Notes under the pieces: model-generated | What the model saw: the letters and a program-made list of their open reading frames with translations, nothing else | What the model was told of the DNA's origin: nothing | Database searches by the model: none | Position numbers and translations under genes: made by a program | NCBI GenBank assembly: GCA_963531535.1 | Contig: CAUSGX010000001.1 | Location: 39,962-103,961 of the forward strand | Direction of reading: 5' to 3' | DNA from: an uncultured bacterium | GTDB taxonomy: Bacteria > Patescibacteriota > Gracilibacteria > Absconditabacterales > Absconditicoccaceae | DNA: 64,000 nucleotides | Shown here: in pieces, positions 44,681 through 57,549 of the stretch | Layout of the letters: every line of letters starts with the position of its first letter | Position numbering within the stretch: position 1 is the stretch's first letter

Positions 44681-46288
44681 TTAAGGAACAGAAATCTGAA
44701 TTTCTACCCTATTAGTATGAGGATTTTGAGTAATCTGAGTCAAATACGTCACTCCATGAGTGAAATCAGCATTAAAACTAGCGTATTCACGAAAATCTCC
44801 ACGTATAGTTCAAATCTTCCACTCTGGAGGGAAATAGATCATCTCCCTTGTTTCTCGCCAGTGACGAGGCATGCTCGGATCCGCAGAAAAATCCTGCAAC
44901 GATAAAATATATCTCTCCCTATCGGTCATCTTAATATGATACTTCTCCTGCAAAGCTAACATCTCATCCTGATAACTCTTTGGAAGATCAAAAGTATAGG
45001 TAATCACAAGCTTATATTCTCCAGAGGCAATATTTTTGATAGAAAACTTCTTTTGATCTGAAGAGGCAATTACCACTCCGTTCAAATCCTGAATCTCGAC
45101 CTGCTTTTTTAAAAAACCATCTGATTTATTAAATGCCGTATTGATATTCCAGAGATAGAGCATATCTGGCTGATATACTGTCGTCAAATCATATGCCTGC
45201 AAAAATCCCCACATCTGTGCTGAAACATTTGAGAGATACACATTAACATATCCCTTATGCAAAAGCTCCTGCACAGTATTGATCGCTGCTGAAGCCATAC
45301 GAAGTGCATTCTGTTTGAGATAGGAGTTAAGATCTTTGATATACAGATCCTTTTTATTGCTCAACACAGCTCCCCTAATCAGATCAATATTCGCATTTAC
45401 AAACTGCCACTCCCATGCCTTCTGACGGAATGATGGCAACAGATAAGTAATTAACTCTGAATCCAAAAACACTACCCCCTTAATATCCTTTTTAAAGAGC
45501 TTATTTCGCTCATCAGGCTTAAAAAGTCTGACCTTTTTCTCTGGGTCAAAATCAGTATGAAAGATTTTTTCATACAACAACTTCAGATTTTGGCCATCTT
45601 TATCTGTAAATCCAAACTTATTCCCAGCAATAAATCAAACTGCCCTTGATCAGAGAATATCTACTATCCAACCTGGCAAATTCACGCGAGAGTTTGGAGA
45701 GATATAGTCTGGCAAATACGAATCCACTACTTGCAAATCCTCAATATGTCCACCAGAAAGACTCACAAAAGCAAAAGACCCAAAAAAACCTCAATTTGGA
45801 CGAGCCTCATTACTATTTTGAAGCGGAATCAGATAATTATAGTTTTTATCCCTTCCTAAGAGCTGAAAAATCTCCTCTCTCAAAGGCCAAGCATCATCAA
45901 GCATTTGAAATATTCTCTCATAATTGGAGAATCCCATCTTGGAAAGATAGGTTTTCTGAGACCTTGCATACTGCCAGAGCTGAAGAAGCTCTTCTTCCTT
46001 ACTTTTTAGAACATTTTCTCCGCTCAGATAGGACTTTACCACATCATCCAAGGTCAATAACTGCCTTGAGATTTCAGGATCAATGACCCAAAAATAAAAA
46101 GAAATCTGATCCAAATCATTAAAAATATCAATTTTATTGGGAGAAAGAAACCATCAAGTCAACCTTGCATAAAGAGAAAAAAATACAAATGCGAAAAAAA
46201 CCAATACTCCAAATATTCAACGAAGTACCCATAAACGACGAGAAGAAGATTGCGAAGGACGAGCCACTTCTAATCAGATTTTTTTCAT
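44681..46288 (-). CDS. DUF4012 domain membrane protein
   Basis: ATG 46288 to TAA 44681-44683, 535 aa. N-terminal TM. Signature: YNYLIPLQNSNEARPN-G-GFFGSFAFVSLSGGHIEDLQV. Track ORFs 45791-46114 and 44810-45580 share one frame, joined by TGA. Confidence 0.8.
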
Positions 46289-46424
46289 CTTGATATTTGA
46301 ATAAACTGCCCTTAGTCTAGGATTTTTAAGAGAAATTGCAAGAGAGTTTTTTGATAAACTCTTGAACTCAAAAAGCTTTTTCCTATACTTTTTCAAAGTT
46401 TTAGCAACTAACACAATAGAAAAT

Positions 46425-47171
46425 ATGAAAAGACTCGTTTTGATCCGCCACGGAGAAAGCACTCGAAATCAAGAAAATAGATTTACTGGATGGACAGACG
46501 TTGACCTCACTGAAAAAGGACAGCAAGAAGCGATAAAAGCAGGTCAAACACTAAAAAAAGAAGGTTTCTTTTTCAAAAAAGCATTCACCTCATATCTAAA
46601 AAGAGCTGTAAAAACGCTGAATACTGTCCTTGATCAAATGGACCTTGACCGAATCCCAGTTGAAAAGAACCGAAGACTCAATGAAAAGCATTACGGAACC
46701 CTCCAAGGACTCAATAAAGCCGAAACAGCAGAAAAATACTGAGAAGAACAAGTACTTCTCTGGAGAAGAAGCTATGATATCGCAACAGATCCACTTGATC
46801 CACAGGATCCTCGTTCACCACTACTAGATCCTCGCTATGCCCTCATCAATCCAGCGGATCTTCCACTTACTGAATCACTCAAGGACTGCATTGCCCGCAC
46901 ACTCCCTTATCTAGAGGAAACTATCCTCCCAACCCTCAAACAGGAATGAGAAATCCTCGTTGCTGCACATGGGAATAGCCTGAGAGGAGTAATCAAAGTC
47001 CTCAAGAACCTTTCTGAGGAAGAAATCCTTAAATTCAATCTTCCAACTGCTGTACCCTATGTATTTGAGTTTGATGATGAGATGAACCTTATTAAAGACT
47101 ATTTTCTTGGGGATCCTGAAGAAATTGCAGCGCTTATGCAGGCAGTTGCAAACCAGTGAAAAAAAGCATAA
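46425..47171 (+). CDS. gpmA: 2,3-bisphosphoglycerate-dependent phosphoglycerate mutase
   Basis: ATG 46425 to TAA 47169-47171, 248 aa. [37 protein letters not shown]. Confidence 0.92.
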
Positions 47172-47189
47172 ATCAATCGAAACAAAATC

Positions 47190-47216
47190 AGATAGCTATC
47201 TAGGCTATCTTTTTTT
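47190..47216 (+). terminator. intrinsic terminator
   Basis: AGATAGC / GCTATCT stem followed by a T-run. Confidence 0.65.
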
Positions 47217-47299
47217 GAAAAACAAAAAATCTGGATTCTTTCTTTTTTTCTTTTCTCCATTCTCCTATTTTGCACATCAAAAAAATACAAAATTTCAAC

Positions 47300-47328
47300 T
47301 TGACATCAAATAGGAAAAAATATAGTAT
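47300..47328 (+). promoter_or_regulatory. sigma70-like promoter
   Basis: TTGACA 47300-47305, then TATAGT/TAGTAT 47321-47328. Confidence 0.4.
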
Positions 47329-47394
47329 ACACCCCCTACAGAAAAAACAAATCTGTAAGGATTCACTGAATCATAAACAAAAAAACGAGTCGTC

Positions 47395-48132
47395 ATGAAA
47401 AAAGAAAAAGACGCAATCAAGAACTCTACAAAAGAGTTAACAAAAACCGAACTTGTACACAAGTTCCAAACTGCCCCACTTGACCTTAAATTCTATGGAC
47501 AAGTTGAAGAGCTACACAACCAAAAGATCCTTAGCCGAAAAAAGGCACAACAGAGGGAGATCGAAGCATTCAAAAAGTCAGAGCTAGGAGTCATAGCAAA
47601 GCTCCAAGAAGTCTACGATAGAGAATGTAAGAACTTCGAAAACCTTGAAAAAAAGTATAAGAAGGGAGTCTCTCGAAATGCTATGGATGAAGCTGCCGCT
47701 GAACTCATGCATGCCAAAAGACTATACGAGGAAAAACTAAAGGAGAAAATCCAAACTTCTAAAAGAAAACTCCTCGAGGATCTACAAAAAATGGAAGAGG
47801 ATTTTCTCTACACGAGAGACCTCTGTATCAAGTCCTGCTCATGGGATATCAATGAAGGGAAACTCGATTTTTACGAATCTCAATTCAGAGATCCCAGACT
47901 TTCTGAGGAACAACTTCAAAAAAAATATGGGAATTATTACGAATTTAGTCTCATAATTTACAGAGAGGTAAACGGAGAAAGACGAATAATCGAAATACCA
48001 TCTATCATGGCAAAATCAGTAGTCGATATCCGCCCCCTCAGAGAAGGAGAAACTATTGAGGACTTTGTCCTTAATAAGATCAGAAGAAACGATCTCTCCC
48101 ATGGAGTTATCGGATCACAGTGGGCAAGCTAA
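47395..48132 (+). CDS. hypothetical protein, 245 aa
   Basis: ATG 47395 to TAA 48130-48132. No TGA. Coiled-coil-rich. Confidence 0.6.
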   Translation: MKKEKDAIKNSTKELTKTELVHKFQTAPLDLKFYGQVEELHNQKILSRKKAQQREIEAFKKSELGVIAKLQEVYDRECKNFENLEKKYKKGVSRNAMDEAAAELMHAKRLYEEKLKEKIQTSKRKLLEDLQKMEEDFLYTRDLCIKSCSWDINEGKLDFYESQFRDPRLSEEQLQKKYGNYYEFSLIIYREVNGERRIIEIPSIMAKSVVDIRPLREGETIEDFVLNKIRRNDLSHGVIGSQWAS

Positions 48133-48150
48133 GAGAGAAAAACTCTCAAA

Positions 48151-48178
48151 AAACTCCTGTTTTTTACAGGAGTTTTTC
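48151..48178. terminator. bidirectional intrinsic terminator
   Basis: ACTCCTGT / ACAGGAGT stem flanked by A and T runs. Confidence 0.7.
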
Positions 48179-48188
48179 TCATACTTTT

Positions 48189-49721
48189 TTAAAGTTCAAC
48201 ATCAAGCTTAATCCTCGAACGAATATCAGGCAACATCTGACCTCACAAGAGTCCAAGATCAATTTTTACACTAGAAATCTCTGGATACGTCAGAATTTCT
48301 TTTCTTGCTTCCTCAATACTCTTACCAACCACATTTGTCTTAATCTGACTTAAAATCCCCTTTGTATCCCTAGAAAAATCATATCCTTGCAAAATTGTAA
48401 TTTTGGTCGGCAACATAAAAACCTTATTCTGAATCACTCGACCAAGATCTCCTACAAATCAAAAAGTATTGGGATCGAGACTAATAAGCTGAATACTATC
48501 CGATTGCCTCTGCTTAACATAGGTGCTAAAAGCACTGACCACATCATCCCATTTGAGATACAAAAAATCAAAAGAAACCTGAGCCATTCCTCTGAGAGAG
48601 GTTGTCTTATCTCAAATATTTCAATCTATTGTAAGTGCATTAAACTTTGTTTTGATCAACGGATCAAAGAGCAGCACCATTGCATTTTTCTGAGAAAACT
48701 GCCTCGTTACAATATTAAGTTTATCTTTATAGACAGCATCTTTTATCTTCTTTGCTAAAAGCTCACGATCCTTTTCCGAGACCATACCAAGTGATTTCAT
48801 AGATCCCCCAGTAAAGTTTTCCATTGTCTCAGCTCGGATCTGCTTGAGATAATAGCTATCCTTAACATTCCTAATTGTTAACTGCGTTTTTGCTGGGATA
48901 TTCCCTCTTACTCAAATGATATTTTCAGATTCATCATACTCAGCCGCATAAAGCTTCACTTTAACTTCCGAGGTGCTACCATTAATCGCTGCGGGAATCG
49001 TTATTGGTTCTCTCGTTAGAAATACCAGTCCGTCAGCAGTTACAAATCTAGTATTAGATACAAGTTTAAGTTCATTTGGCGTTTTATTGTAGATTTTTAC
49101 ATTACCAGCAGAAGGGTTAATAATATGCTTGATATTTTCCGTACTAATAGACAGCGTATACTCATAATCTACCTTCCCAGTATAATAAGGAATACTTAGC
49201 TGTTTGATAGCTCCTAAATACTGTTGTTCACTCGCAGGATAATAACGAAAATTATAAATAATATTTTCAGTCTGCTGAGAAACCTTTAAGGTAATGCTTG
49301 CACTTGGTAAGATCAACAAAAACAAAAACCAGACAATACCAAGCCCCGCTAAAATTTCAAAGAAAAATACCATATAAAACAGATATTTTTGCTTATTATA
49401 GGTATGAAGATGAAACTTTTTAATATCAAACAAAAAAAGAGAAATCGTCCTTAGTACCTTCAGAATAAGTCTTTCTTCCTTATATTGAACCTGTGCTCCG
49501 ATCTGCTGAAAATAAGTTCTACTCGAAGGCTTTTCTGCCAAAAAAGTAATATTCAGATTTCTATTCTTGATAATATTCAATGCCTCCTTTCCCCATCGCT
49601 GATTTTCAAAAAAAGAGTGCTCGGGATCAATAAAGATCTCAGCAGCCTTTTGAGGTGGGATTCTTTCAAGAGTTTTGAATATTTTATATAAGCTCTCAGT
49701 CTTGGCAAAATAGAACTTCAT
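48189..49721 (-). CDS. hypothetical membrane protein, 510 aa
   Basis: ATG 49721 to TAA 48189-48191. Three track ORFs share one frame, joined by TGA. One central TM (FFFEILAGLGIVWFLFLLILP). Confidence 0.65.
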
Positions 49722-49754
49722 CAGCTACAGTTCACATCAAACCCAAATAAAATG

Positions 49755-50522
49755 TTAATACGGTTTTCTCAGTTTTCTTCGAATAAGCCCAAAATACAGA
49801 ATCAAAGATAGCAACACAAAATAGTTAATATCAAATGTAAACTTCCCCATGGCCACAACTCCATGTGCAGGATAGTTCCAAAACGGCAAAAGCCCTAAAA
49901 AGAGAAGAAAAAGCAGAATAAAGCCAACAATTCAATATCCAACCTTCTTAGTCACAAATTTCCATATACTTACAATTACATTTACAATTACAGCTCAAAC
50001 TGAGAGAAAAAGCCCAATAGGATACACTCCTTCAAATTTTACAAGTGCACTCTCAGGTCTCAGTGCAGTCACATGCAAAAAACCTGAATACTCCTTTCCT
50101 ATAAAATTATCTCACAGCAAAAGGAAAATCCCTAAAACTGTCAAAGCATTTACAAATCCAAAGAAAAAAATATCAATCCAGACTTTTTTCGTCTCACTCC
50201 TCCTAAAGTTCTTCAAAAATAAAACCATAGAAAACGCTATAGAAACCAGCACTCCTATCATACTAAAGCGATATCCATACGGACTCAAAAACTTTAGTGA
50301 AGAAGGAATAAGTGAACCTCCATCTAGTACCGCAGACACATAAAGCCCGAGAACATAAGCTGGGATAATAAGCCACGGCAACCAGTTGAAAAGCTTAATA
50401 AAATCCTGATTGTATTTTTTACAAAGATAATAGGTTGTCACCAGAAAGACAATACAGGAGAGAACGATTCCCACACCTGTCATATACATCTTTGTCCCAA
50501 ATACCTCAATAAATGGATACAT
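49755..50522 (-). CDS. polytopic membrane protein, divergent Lgt-like (prolipoprotein diacylglyceryl transferase family)
   Basis: ATG 50522 to TAA 49755-49757, 255 aa, about 7 TM. The segment LL-G-DNFIGKEYSG weakly resembles the Lgt GNFxNxExxG motif. Confidence 0.5.
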
Positions 50523-50547
50523 GCAAATCAAAAAAGATATAAACAAC

Positions 50548-52053
50548 TTATCTTAGATATTGTATGAGTTTTGTTTCTCTTAATGCTGTAAGTCTAATAA
50601 TTCCTGGATAGTCAAGCTGTTCCTCAATCTTCTTTCCAACAGTTTGGAGCAATCCCTCAACCTGCAAATCTGAGATCATCTTTGGGTTTACAAAGACCAT
50701 AATTTCTCTTCCCGCCTGCATAATATGCACTTTCTCAACACCTTCAACCTCACGAATCAACTTCTCAAGCTCTCCCATCTTTTCAATAAAGAACTCCTTG
50801 GTATCAAATCTAGCTCCGGGTCTAGAAGCCGACATCGCATCTGCAGCGGCCACAATCCATGAGATTGGATGTGTCATCTCTACATCATAGTGATGAGATT
50901 CTGCAGCATTAACAATCACAGGATCCATTCACCATTTACGCAACATATCTGCTCAAACTTTCGTATGCGATTCCCCAGCCCCAGCCAATACTTTTCCAAC
51001 ATCATGAAGCAAACCAGCTTTTTTCGCCAAAGCAGGATCTAGACCAAGCTCAATAGCAATCATCTCTGAAGTTTTTGCCACCTCTAGAGAATGAATCCAC
51101 AAATTTTGTCCATAACTATACCTTAGAAAAAACTGACCAATAGCTCTTACTACTTCAGGTTTCATCATAGGGATATTCAAAACAGTCAATGCCTCCTTTC
51201 CTTTTTCCATCAAAGTAGTCTGCAGGTCAGCAGTCACCTGATTAAAAACCTTTTCAATATAAAAAGGATTAATCCTTCCATCTTTGATCAAAAGTTCAAG
51301 GGTTTTTGCGGCAACAAATCTCTTTTCACAGTCAAAAGATGAAATTCTGACTGAAAGAGGCGTATCATCAATTAATAATTCAACTCCAGCCAATTTTTCA
51401 AAGAGCGAAATATTCCTTCCCTCTCTTCCAATTAACTTTCCCTTAAATTCCTCACTTGGCAAGTCAATCATCTTTGAGGTAAATTCGCTCACGGTATCAG
51501 CAGCAACCTTAGGCAAAGCCTGAGAAATAATAATCGCCGCTTCTTTACTAGCTTCCTCAGCTTTAATTGTCTTAAATTTCTCAATATATCTAATCAACTC
51601 CTCCTGATGTTCAGCCTCAATCCTTTCCATAATTTGCTGTTTAGCTTCCTCTGGCTTAATTCCAGCAATTTCAGAGAGTTTCATCTTTTGCTGATCAATC
51701 AACTGATCAGCTTCTCTTTGTTTCTCCACGATTTTCATTTTTTCTTCCTCAAGCTTTTCTAGCTTTTGATCCATCTTTTCTTCTCTCAATAAGAGCCTAT
51801 TTTGAATCTCTTCCATCTTAGCAAGCCTCTGATCCTCAATCTTTTGAGCCTTAACCTCAGCTTGTTCAAGAATAACTTCAGCCTTCTTCTTTGCTTCATC
51901 AAGCATTTCCTCTTCGATTTCTTTTACTCTTTCCATCTTTTTTTTGTAGCGAAGCTGTTTTTCTGTAAGCGATTTTTTATATCCATAAAAACCAGCAGCT
52001 CCTCCAATCGCTAAAGAAATAGCCGCCGAAACGATTGCTCCTCGTAGTGGCAT
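50548..52053 (-). CDS. rny: ribonuclease Y
   Basis: ATG 52053 to TAA 50548-50550, 501 aa. N-terminal TM, long coiled coil, KH (LIGREGRNI), HD domain (LLHDVGK...HH). Confidence 0.92.
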
Positions 52054-52201
52054 TATTTATATATATTTAAGATCATAAAATTCTGATTTCAGCGAAAAAA
52101 TTCCGCATTTTTGCACTCAAGTATAAAATTTTGACAGCTAAATGCAACTGAAAATTTCAAGCAAAAAAGCAAACTTCTAAAACAAAAAAAATCTGACTTT
52201 T

Positions 52202-52229
52202 TTGACTTTTAAAAAAAATCAACTATACT
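52202..52229 (+). promoter_or_regulatory. sigma70-like promoter
   Basis: TTGACT 52202-52207, 16-nt spacer, TATACT 52224-52229. Confidence 0.45.
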
Positions 52230-52265
52230 TAAGAGAACATTTTTATACCTTAATGCTCATCATTT

Positions 52266-53924
52266 ATGGCAATTGCAGAAGATAGCACAAATCCACTTTT
52301 AGAGGAATCTCTGGCATCACAGCTCGAAAAAGCCGCAAAAAATTCACCGCAAGAGATCCCAGTTCCAACTGATGCAGGAGTAAAGCAAGCTCAAGCCTGA
52401 GAAGCTATTCCAACAGTGCCAGCTCCTCAGTCTAAACCTCAGCAATCTCTTCAAGATCAACTTGCTACTGACAAAGCTCCAGAACTCAAAAGTGAGGAGA
52501 AACTAGTAGAAAAAAAAGCTGATCCTGAAGATGATAGCAATATGCACATTGCTGCAGCTGGAGTGAGCACAACTCTTGACCTGCTAAATGATAATATCGC
52601 AGGACTTGGAGCCCATGGAGTTCACCCGACAAAAATTGTGTCTTACAATCAAAAATTTTTGCTTTTGCTCGTAGGATCAATTATATTGGGACTCTTGGGA
52701 TTTGCTTCATTCGCATTTTGGCAGTATTTAGGAGAAAAATCTCAAGCAGATATTTCTCATCTTTCAACCATCACAGAAAAAACATCCCAAAACTATGACG
52801 AATACTGACAAACACTCGGACTTTTTGATCTCCAAAAATACGAAAATCTAAACGTTGATGAATGAGCAAAAGAAAAAATCACTAAAATCATCAAAGACCT
52901 CTCTCTAAATTACGTCCAGAAAAGAGATATTCTTCAATCCGTTGCCAACAAGATTGGAACAAGCATTCTTGATCTCAAGTGAAAGATCCAGCAAGATACC
53001 AATGCTCTCAATAAAGATTGATTTTTCCCAGAAGAACTTGTATGAATCCTCAAACAAGATAACGCGGTTGGATCAATCCAAAGAAGTCTTCTCTCACTTG
53101 AAGTAGTAAAATTCTCAAGTGCAATCAAGGTTTTCTCTCTAATGGATACCTTCCTCTCATCAATGGTAAGTGACTTCGGATACCAACAATCAGAAATCAA
53201 AAAAATCCTGAATGAACTTATTGAAAGAGGTGAAAACGATATTCAGAATTATCTTAACTATTGTTATAATAATCCATACGAACCAGTGCAATGTAACATT
53301 ATCTGAGACTTTGATAAGTATTATCAACTCAGAGAAAAATCAACTGGAGAAAAGCCGTTTAATACTAGTTTTTTCAAGAAACTTATGGAACATATTGATA
53401 AAAAACTAGAATACAGCAATGTACCAAGCTTCTCAATCACCTTCAATAGCTTTGATGGAAAGAGTAACAGCATCGCATTTACTGTTGAGGTAAATACCTT
53501 GAAAGAAGATGAATATGTACTCCTCAAACAAGGTATCAAGAGTCCACACATCTTCATCGTTTCAGAGCTCATCCAACTCCTCAAGCAAAGTACCTTCATC
53601 GTCGGAAAAGCGATTGATGCAAAGGATATCAGAGTAACTTCAAAACCTATCACAATCTGAGGTTCAAAATATATGGTAAACAATTCAGTCAAAACATTCA
53701 CTCTTCCAATCCAAAAAAATACTGAAAGAGAAATCTTTGACTACGTAGATAAGTATCAATCAAATCTTATGCCTACAGCAGAAAGAGAAAACCAATTACC
53801 AACAAATAATACGCCTCTATCAGAACAAGCAAACTCGGAGGAAACAAATAAAAATGAAATTTGAGGATTCCTAACAGATCCTGAAGCAGAATCAGGAGAC
53901 AATGTTACTCTAGAAAATCAATAA
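52266..53924 (+). CDS. hypothetical single-pass membrane protein, 552 aa
   Basis: ATG 52266 to TAA 53922-53924. All track pieces (52416, 53385, 53673) share one frame, joined by TGA. TM: FLLLLVGSIILGLLGFASFAFW. Confidence 0.65.
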
Positions 53925-53965
53925 TAATCTAAAACAAAAATCAGCTTTATATCTACATATTTACA

Positions 53966-55519
53966 ATGGAATTCAATATTTGAAGCACAAAATGAGCATT
54001 TGACATGAAAGCTATAATCGAATGGGCAAAAAACCTCTGGCTCAATCTAAGCGGTAAAAAAAAGTGAAAAAACTGAGAAATACTCGCCTTTTGAGTGAAG
54101 AAAGAAAGCTATCTTATTATGCTTGGAATCTTCGGAGTACTTTTACTGACGACGCTAATCTTTATCGGATTAGCATTTTATAGAAACCACGCACTCAATC
54201 AAAGACTCACTCAACTCGAACAACTCAAAAACTATCAGCTCAATACCTTCAAAAATGATGAGCTTATGGCTGATCTTAAAGATGAACTTCCAACCAACTT
54301 CAATGAAATGCTCGAGCTCTACACTACTACAAAAACTACAAAAGAGAGAGTTGAAGCTGAACTCAACTTCAAAAAAAGTGTATATTCAGACTTTTTGAGA
54401 AACTTTCTCCTTCCATCACTCAATATTTGGAAGGATCCATATACTCAACAAATTGACCTCAGTATTCTTGGTAAAAAATATCTCCAAAAAAATCCATACC
54501 AAGATATCTCTCTCCTTTCTCAATGGAGTAGCATCATTAGAGAAAGTGGTAAGGACATCGGAACCAATGAAGTCGTAAATATGCAAATCTGAGAGATCAA
54601 AGAAGGGGGAAATTGATTTTTCAATATCCCAATCTCCATCTCATTCAAATCAAATTCAAAAAGAGCCTTTCTCCTACTTGTAGACAAGCTCTCACTCACA
54701 TCAAACATCAACAATATCGGACTTTTAAATGATTTCACCTACCATCTCTTTGACACTATTAGAGAAGAAAAGGCGGAAGAAATTAAAAATCTGATTCAAA
54801 CCTATGGCGCAAAAAAAAGCGATGCTATGGATGAAAAAACATTCAAAAATCAGATTATTGCACATTATCTCTACAACTTTCTAGAGAGCAAATCTGATGA
54901 AGTAAACCTCCTCATAGATAATGCGCTCGTAGACAAAGTCATCAAACAAAGTATCGTCTGTGGAGAAAAAGAATCTTCAGCTACATGTTACTTTAGATTT
55001 AGAGATAAATATAGAACTATTCCAGGACTGGCCTACTCTATTTGAGTTGAATCAACAGCAGATAAAGCTACTCTCCTCAAAGATTTTTACGCTTCAATAC
55101 CACCATTGATTGCAATTCAGTCTTTTACCTTTGATAAAGCAAAGGCACAAGGATTCTCACTCGCCGATGATGGTGAATACCTAGGAAATGTAAGCTTCAA
55201 CATCTATGGAAGAGGAATCTCTACTGAAGAATCTACAGAAATCTCAACACTACTCAAGGAAGCATGCTTTGGTAGCGGAAGTTCTACAGACCTAACAGTA
55301 CAAGGTGCTCTAGATAAGGTAAATGAAAAGATGAAAATCATCGGAGCAAGTACTGATAGTTCAGATGGTAAGGTTGCACTTCTTTCAAATCTTCTAGAAC
55401 TTAAAGACTCGCTTACATCTCAAGCCGAAGAATTTGACAAGCTCTCTCCTTATAACCAAATGATCAAAAAATTTGAAATCTATAGAGAACTTAAAAACAT
55501 GTCCCTCTGTACTCAATAA
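53966..55519 (+). CDS. hypothetical single-pass membrane protein, 517 aa (possible PilO-like fold)
   Basis: ATG 53966 to TAA 55517-55519. TM then coiled coil. The segment FFNIPISISFKSNSKRAFLLLVDKL is reminiscent of PilO-type domains. This is speculative. Confidence 0.6.
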
Positions 55520-55536
55520 CCAATCAAAATACAAAA

Positions 55537-55562
55537 AATCCCTTACATAAGGGATTTTTTGA
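55537..55562. terminator. bidirectional intrinsic terminator
   Basis: AATCCCTT / AAGGGATT stem flanked by A and T runs. Confidence 0.7.
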
Positions 55563-55586
55563 TACCAAAAAAGAAAAATCAGATTT

Positions 55587-56042
55587 TTATTCCCGTTCTC
55601 CCAAATCTTGATCATCATCAGAGATTTCCTTATTTTCACAATCAGGACAACGCTTTACAAAAGGCTCCTGCATTTTAATCGCATGATATACCAACTCTCA
55701 AAGATCAATAATTCCATTCCTCTGATCAATCAAAAGCACCTCTTCCTCAGGCTCATCTTCATCAACAGATAAGACATATTTTGCGCTATAATCCTGAACA
55801 TTCACAGCTCTCTGATATTCCCTTCCACAAGTATCACAGCTCTCAGTAATCTCACACTCAAGCTCCTCAATCACAGCAAAAATAGCATCTTTTCACAAAG
55901 ATTGAAGCCTGATTTTGGCTGAGATTCCCTCTTCTGAGAGCCCTGCTATCATATCCAAATCCTGATTTTCAATTACTATTTCATCAGTAACATTAGTCTG
56001 GAGCATATCAGCAATTTTCAACTGCCATCCTGTATGGTTCAT
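55587..56042 (-). CDS. YceD/DUF177 family protein
   Basis: ATG 56042 to TAA 55587-55589, 151 aa. Cys pairs CDTCGRE...CPDC and an acidic C-terminal tail. Confidence 0.75.
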
Positions 56043-56157
56043 TCTCTTTTCTACACGAGTAAAATGCGAGCAAAACTATAGCCGAATTCCCCTTCATTTC
56101 AAGAGAAAAGAGAGAAAAATCAGATTTTTTCTCCCTTATACACATGATATCATCTTA

Positions 56158-57489
56158 TTACTGTTCACTCCAAAATTTTCGCATCAACTGTTCTGCTCAA
56201 CTTGGCCACATATGATTTCCCTCAGAATATTTGCAAAACACTACAGGAGAAGTAGGAAGACAGCTTGTATACTTTACACACTCCATCCCATAACTATTTT
56301 CATAGACTATCGTATCAGCTCAACACTGATTTTGCTTAAGATATTGATTACGAATTTGCTCTCCTCAGGCAAAAGAGGCAAGATTATCACTAGGATTATG
56401 AAAAATAATCGCAGGAGTTGGAGCTAAACAGGTAGGGAAACGCATTGGGCTTCCCGCCACAATCCCAACTCAGCGAATACTCTCAGCCCTAGCACATCCA
56501 AGCATACTCGTAAACCAACCTCCCAGTGAATGTCCAACCACATATACCTCTCCTGGATCAATACAATACTGCTCTGAAACCAGTTTTTTTATCTCATCAA
56601 AAAGCTGATAATCTCTAAGATTTGAAACTTTATCTCACGGATCTCTTCGGTTTCTCTGAGGTCCTTCTTCCGGTAATCCTGCTGGATAGACAGTAATCAC
56701 ATTCCCATCAGACGCCCCCTCTATCCCATAATATCCAAGGCTCGCATTATCACTCGTGCGACCATGAAAAGCAAATACAAGCTTTGCGGGTTTTGATGAG
56801 GAATAACTTCTCCCCACACTAGTGATAAAATGCCTCTCTACTCCATTAACCATAACAGCAGAAGGAGGAGTTCAAGGCTGAGATTTTCCACAGCCAAGAG
56901 ATTCCACATTTCTAGTATAACTCCAGCTACCAGAAAGTCCCTCCAAAAGCTTGATCGCTAAATGCGCCATCATTTCACGAGTCAGCTTCTGCTCTGGATA
57001 ATAAGCATATTGAGAGAAGATTCAGTTCTGATGGACAAAATCCAAATACCTCGCATACCAAAAATCTGACTTCACATCTCTGGTCTGCACCTTAAATCCC
57101 TCGATCGCCATCTTCAGTCCCTCGACAAAAGTAACTGTCTGATTAGGCTTAAAGGTTCAATCATCATATCACTTTACAATTCCCATCGCCTTTGCAGAAC
57201 ACACAGCATCAGCATACCGCTCCTCCTTTGGAACATCAGAGAAACAACTCTCTTGCGCAGTTAAAAGCTCAACATTCGCCGCTAAGAGAATAATCTTTAG
57301 TAACTCAGCACGAGTAATAGCCTGCTGAGGCTTAAAAGTCCCATCTGGATACCCCTTTACAATATTACGATTCGCCAACTGAGCAATTGCACTCGCATAG
57401 GGACTCTAATCACTAACAGAAAACTGCGCAAAAGAAAATGAAAAAGTAAACCCAAAGACTAAAAATAAAACAAAAATCAGATTTTTCAT
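56158..57489 (-). pseudogene. SLH-domain esterase (PHB-depolymerase/LpqC-like) interrupted by in-frame TAG
   Basis: ATG 57489 gives signal peptide MKNLIFVLFLVFGFTFSFSFA. An in-frame TAG at 57406-57408 falls inside the first SLH repeat. Then come two SLH repeats (VKGYPDGTFKPQQAITRAEL) and an alpha/beta hydrolase with GHSLGG. Ends at TAA 56158-56160. Confidence 0.6.
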
Positions 57490-57549
57490 CTTTTTTTTAG
57501 ATTGAGATAAAAGAGAAAGAATCATATTTAGAAGATAAATATATGATTT

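Noticed and set aside
46425-46470. gpmA active-site segment reads [11 protein letters not shown] instead of the usual RHGES.WN as a possible inactivating change.
   Set aside because: The catalytic His/Arg residues and the remaining dPGM motifs are intact. The Trp position is not catalytic to my knowledge, so this is probably lineage variation.
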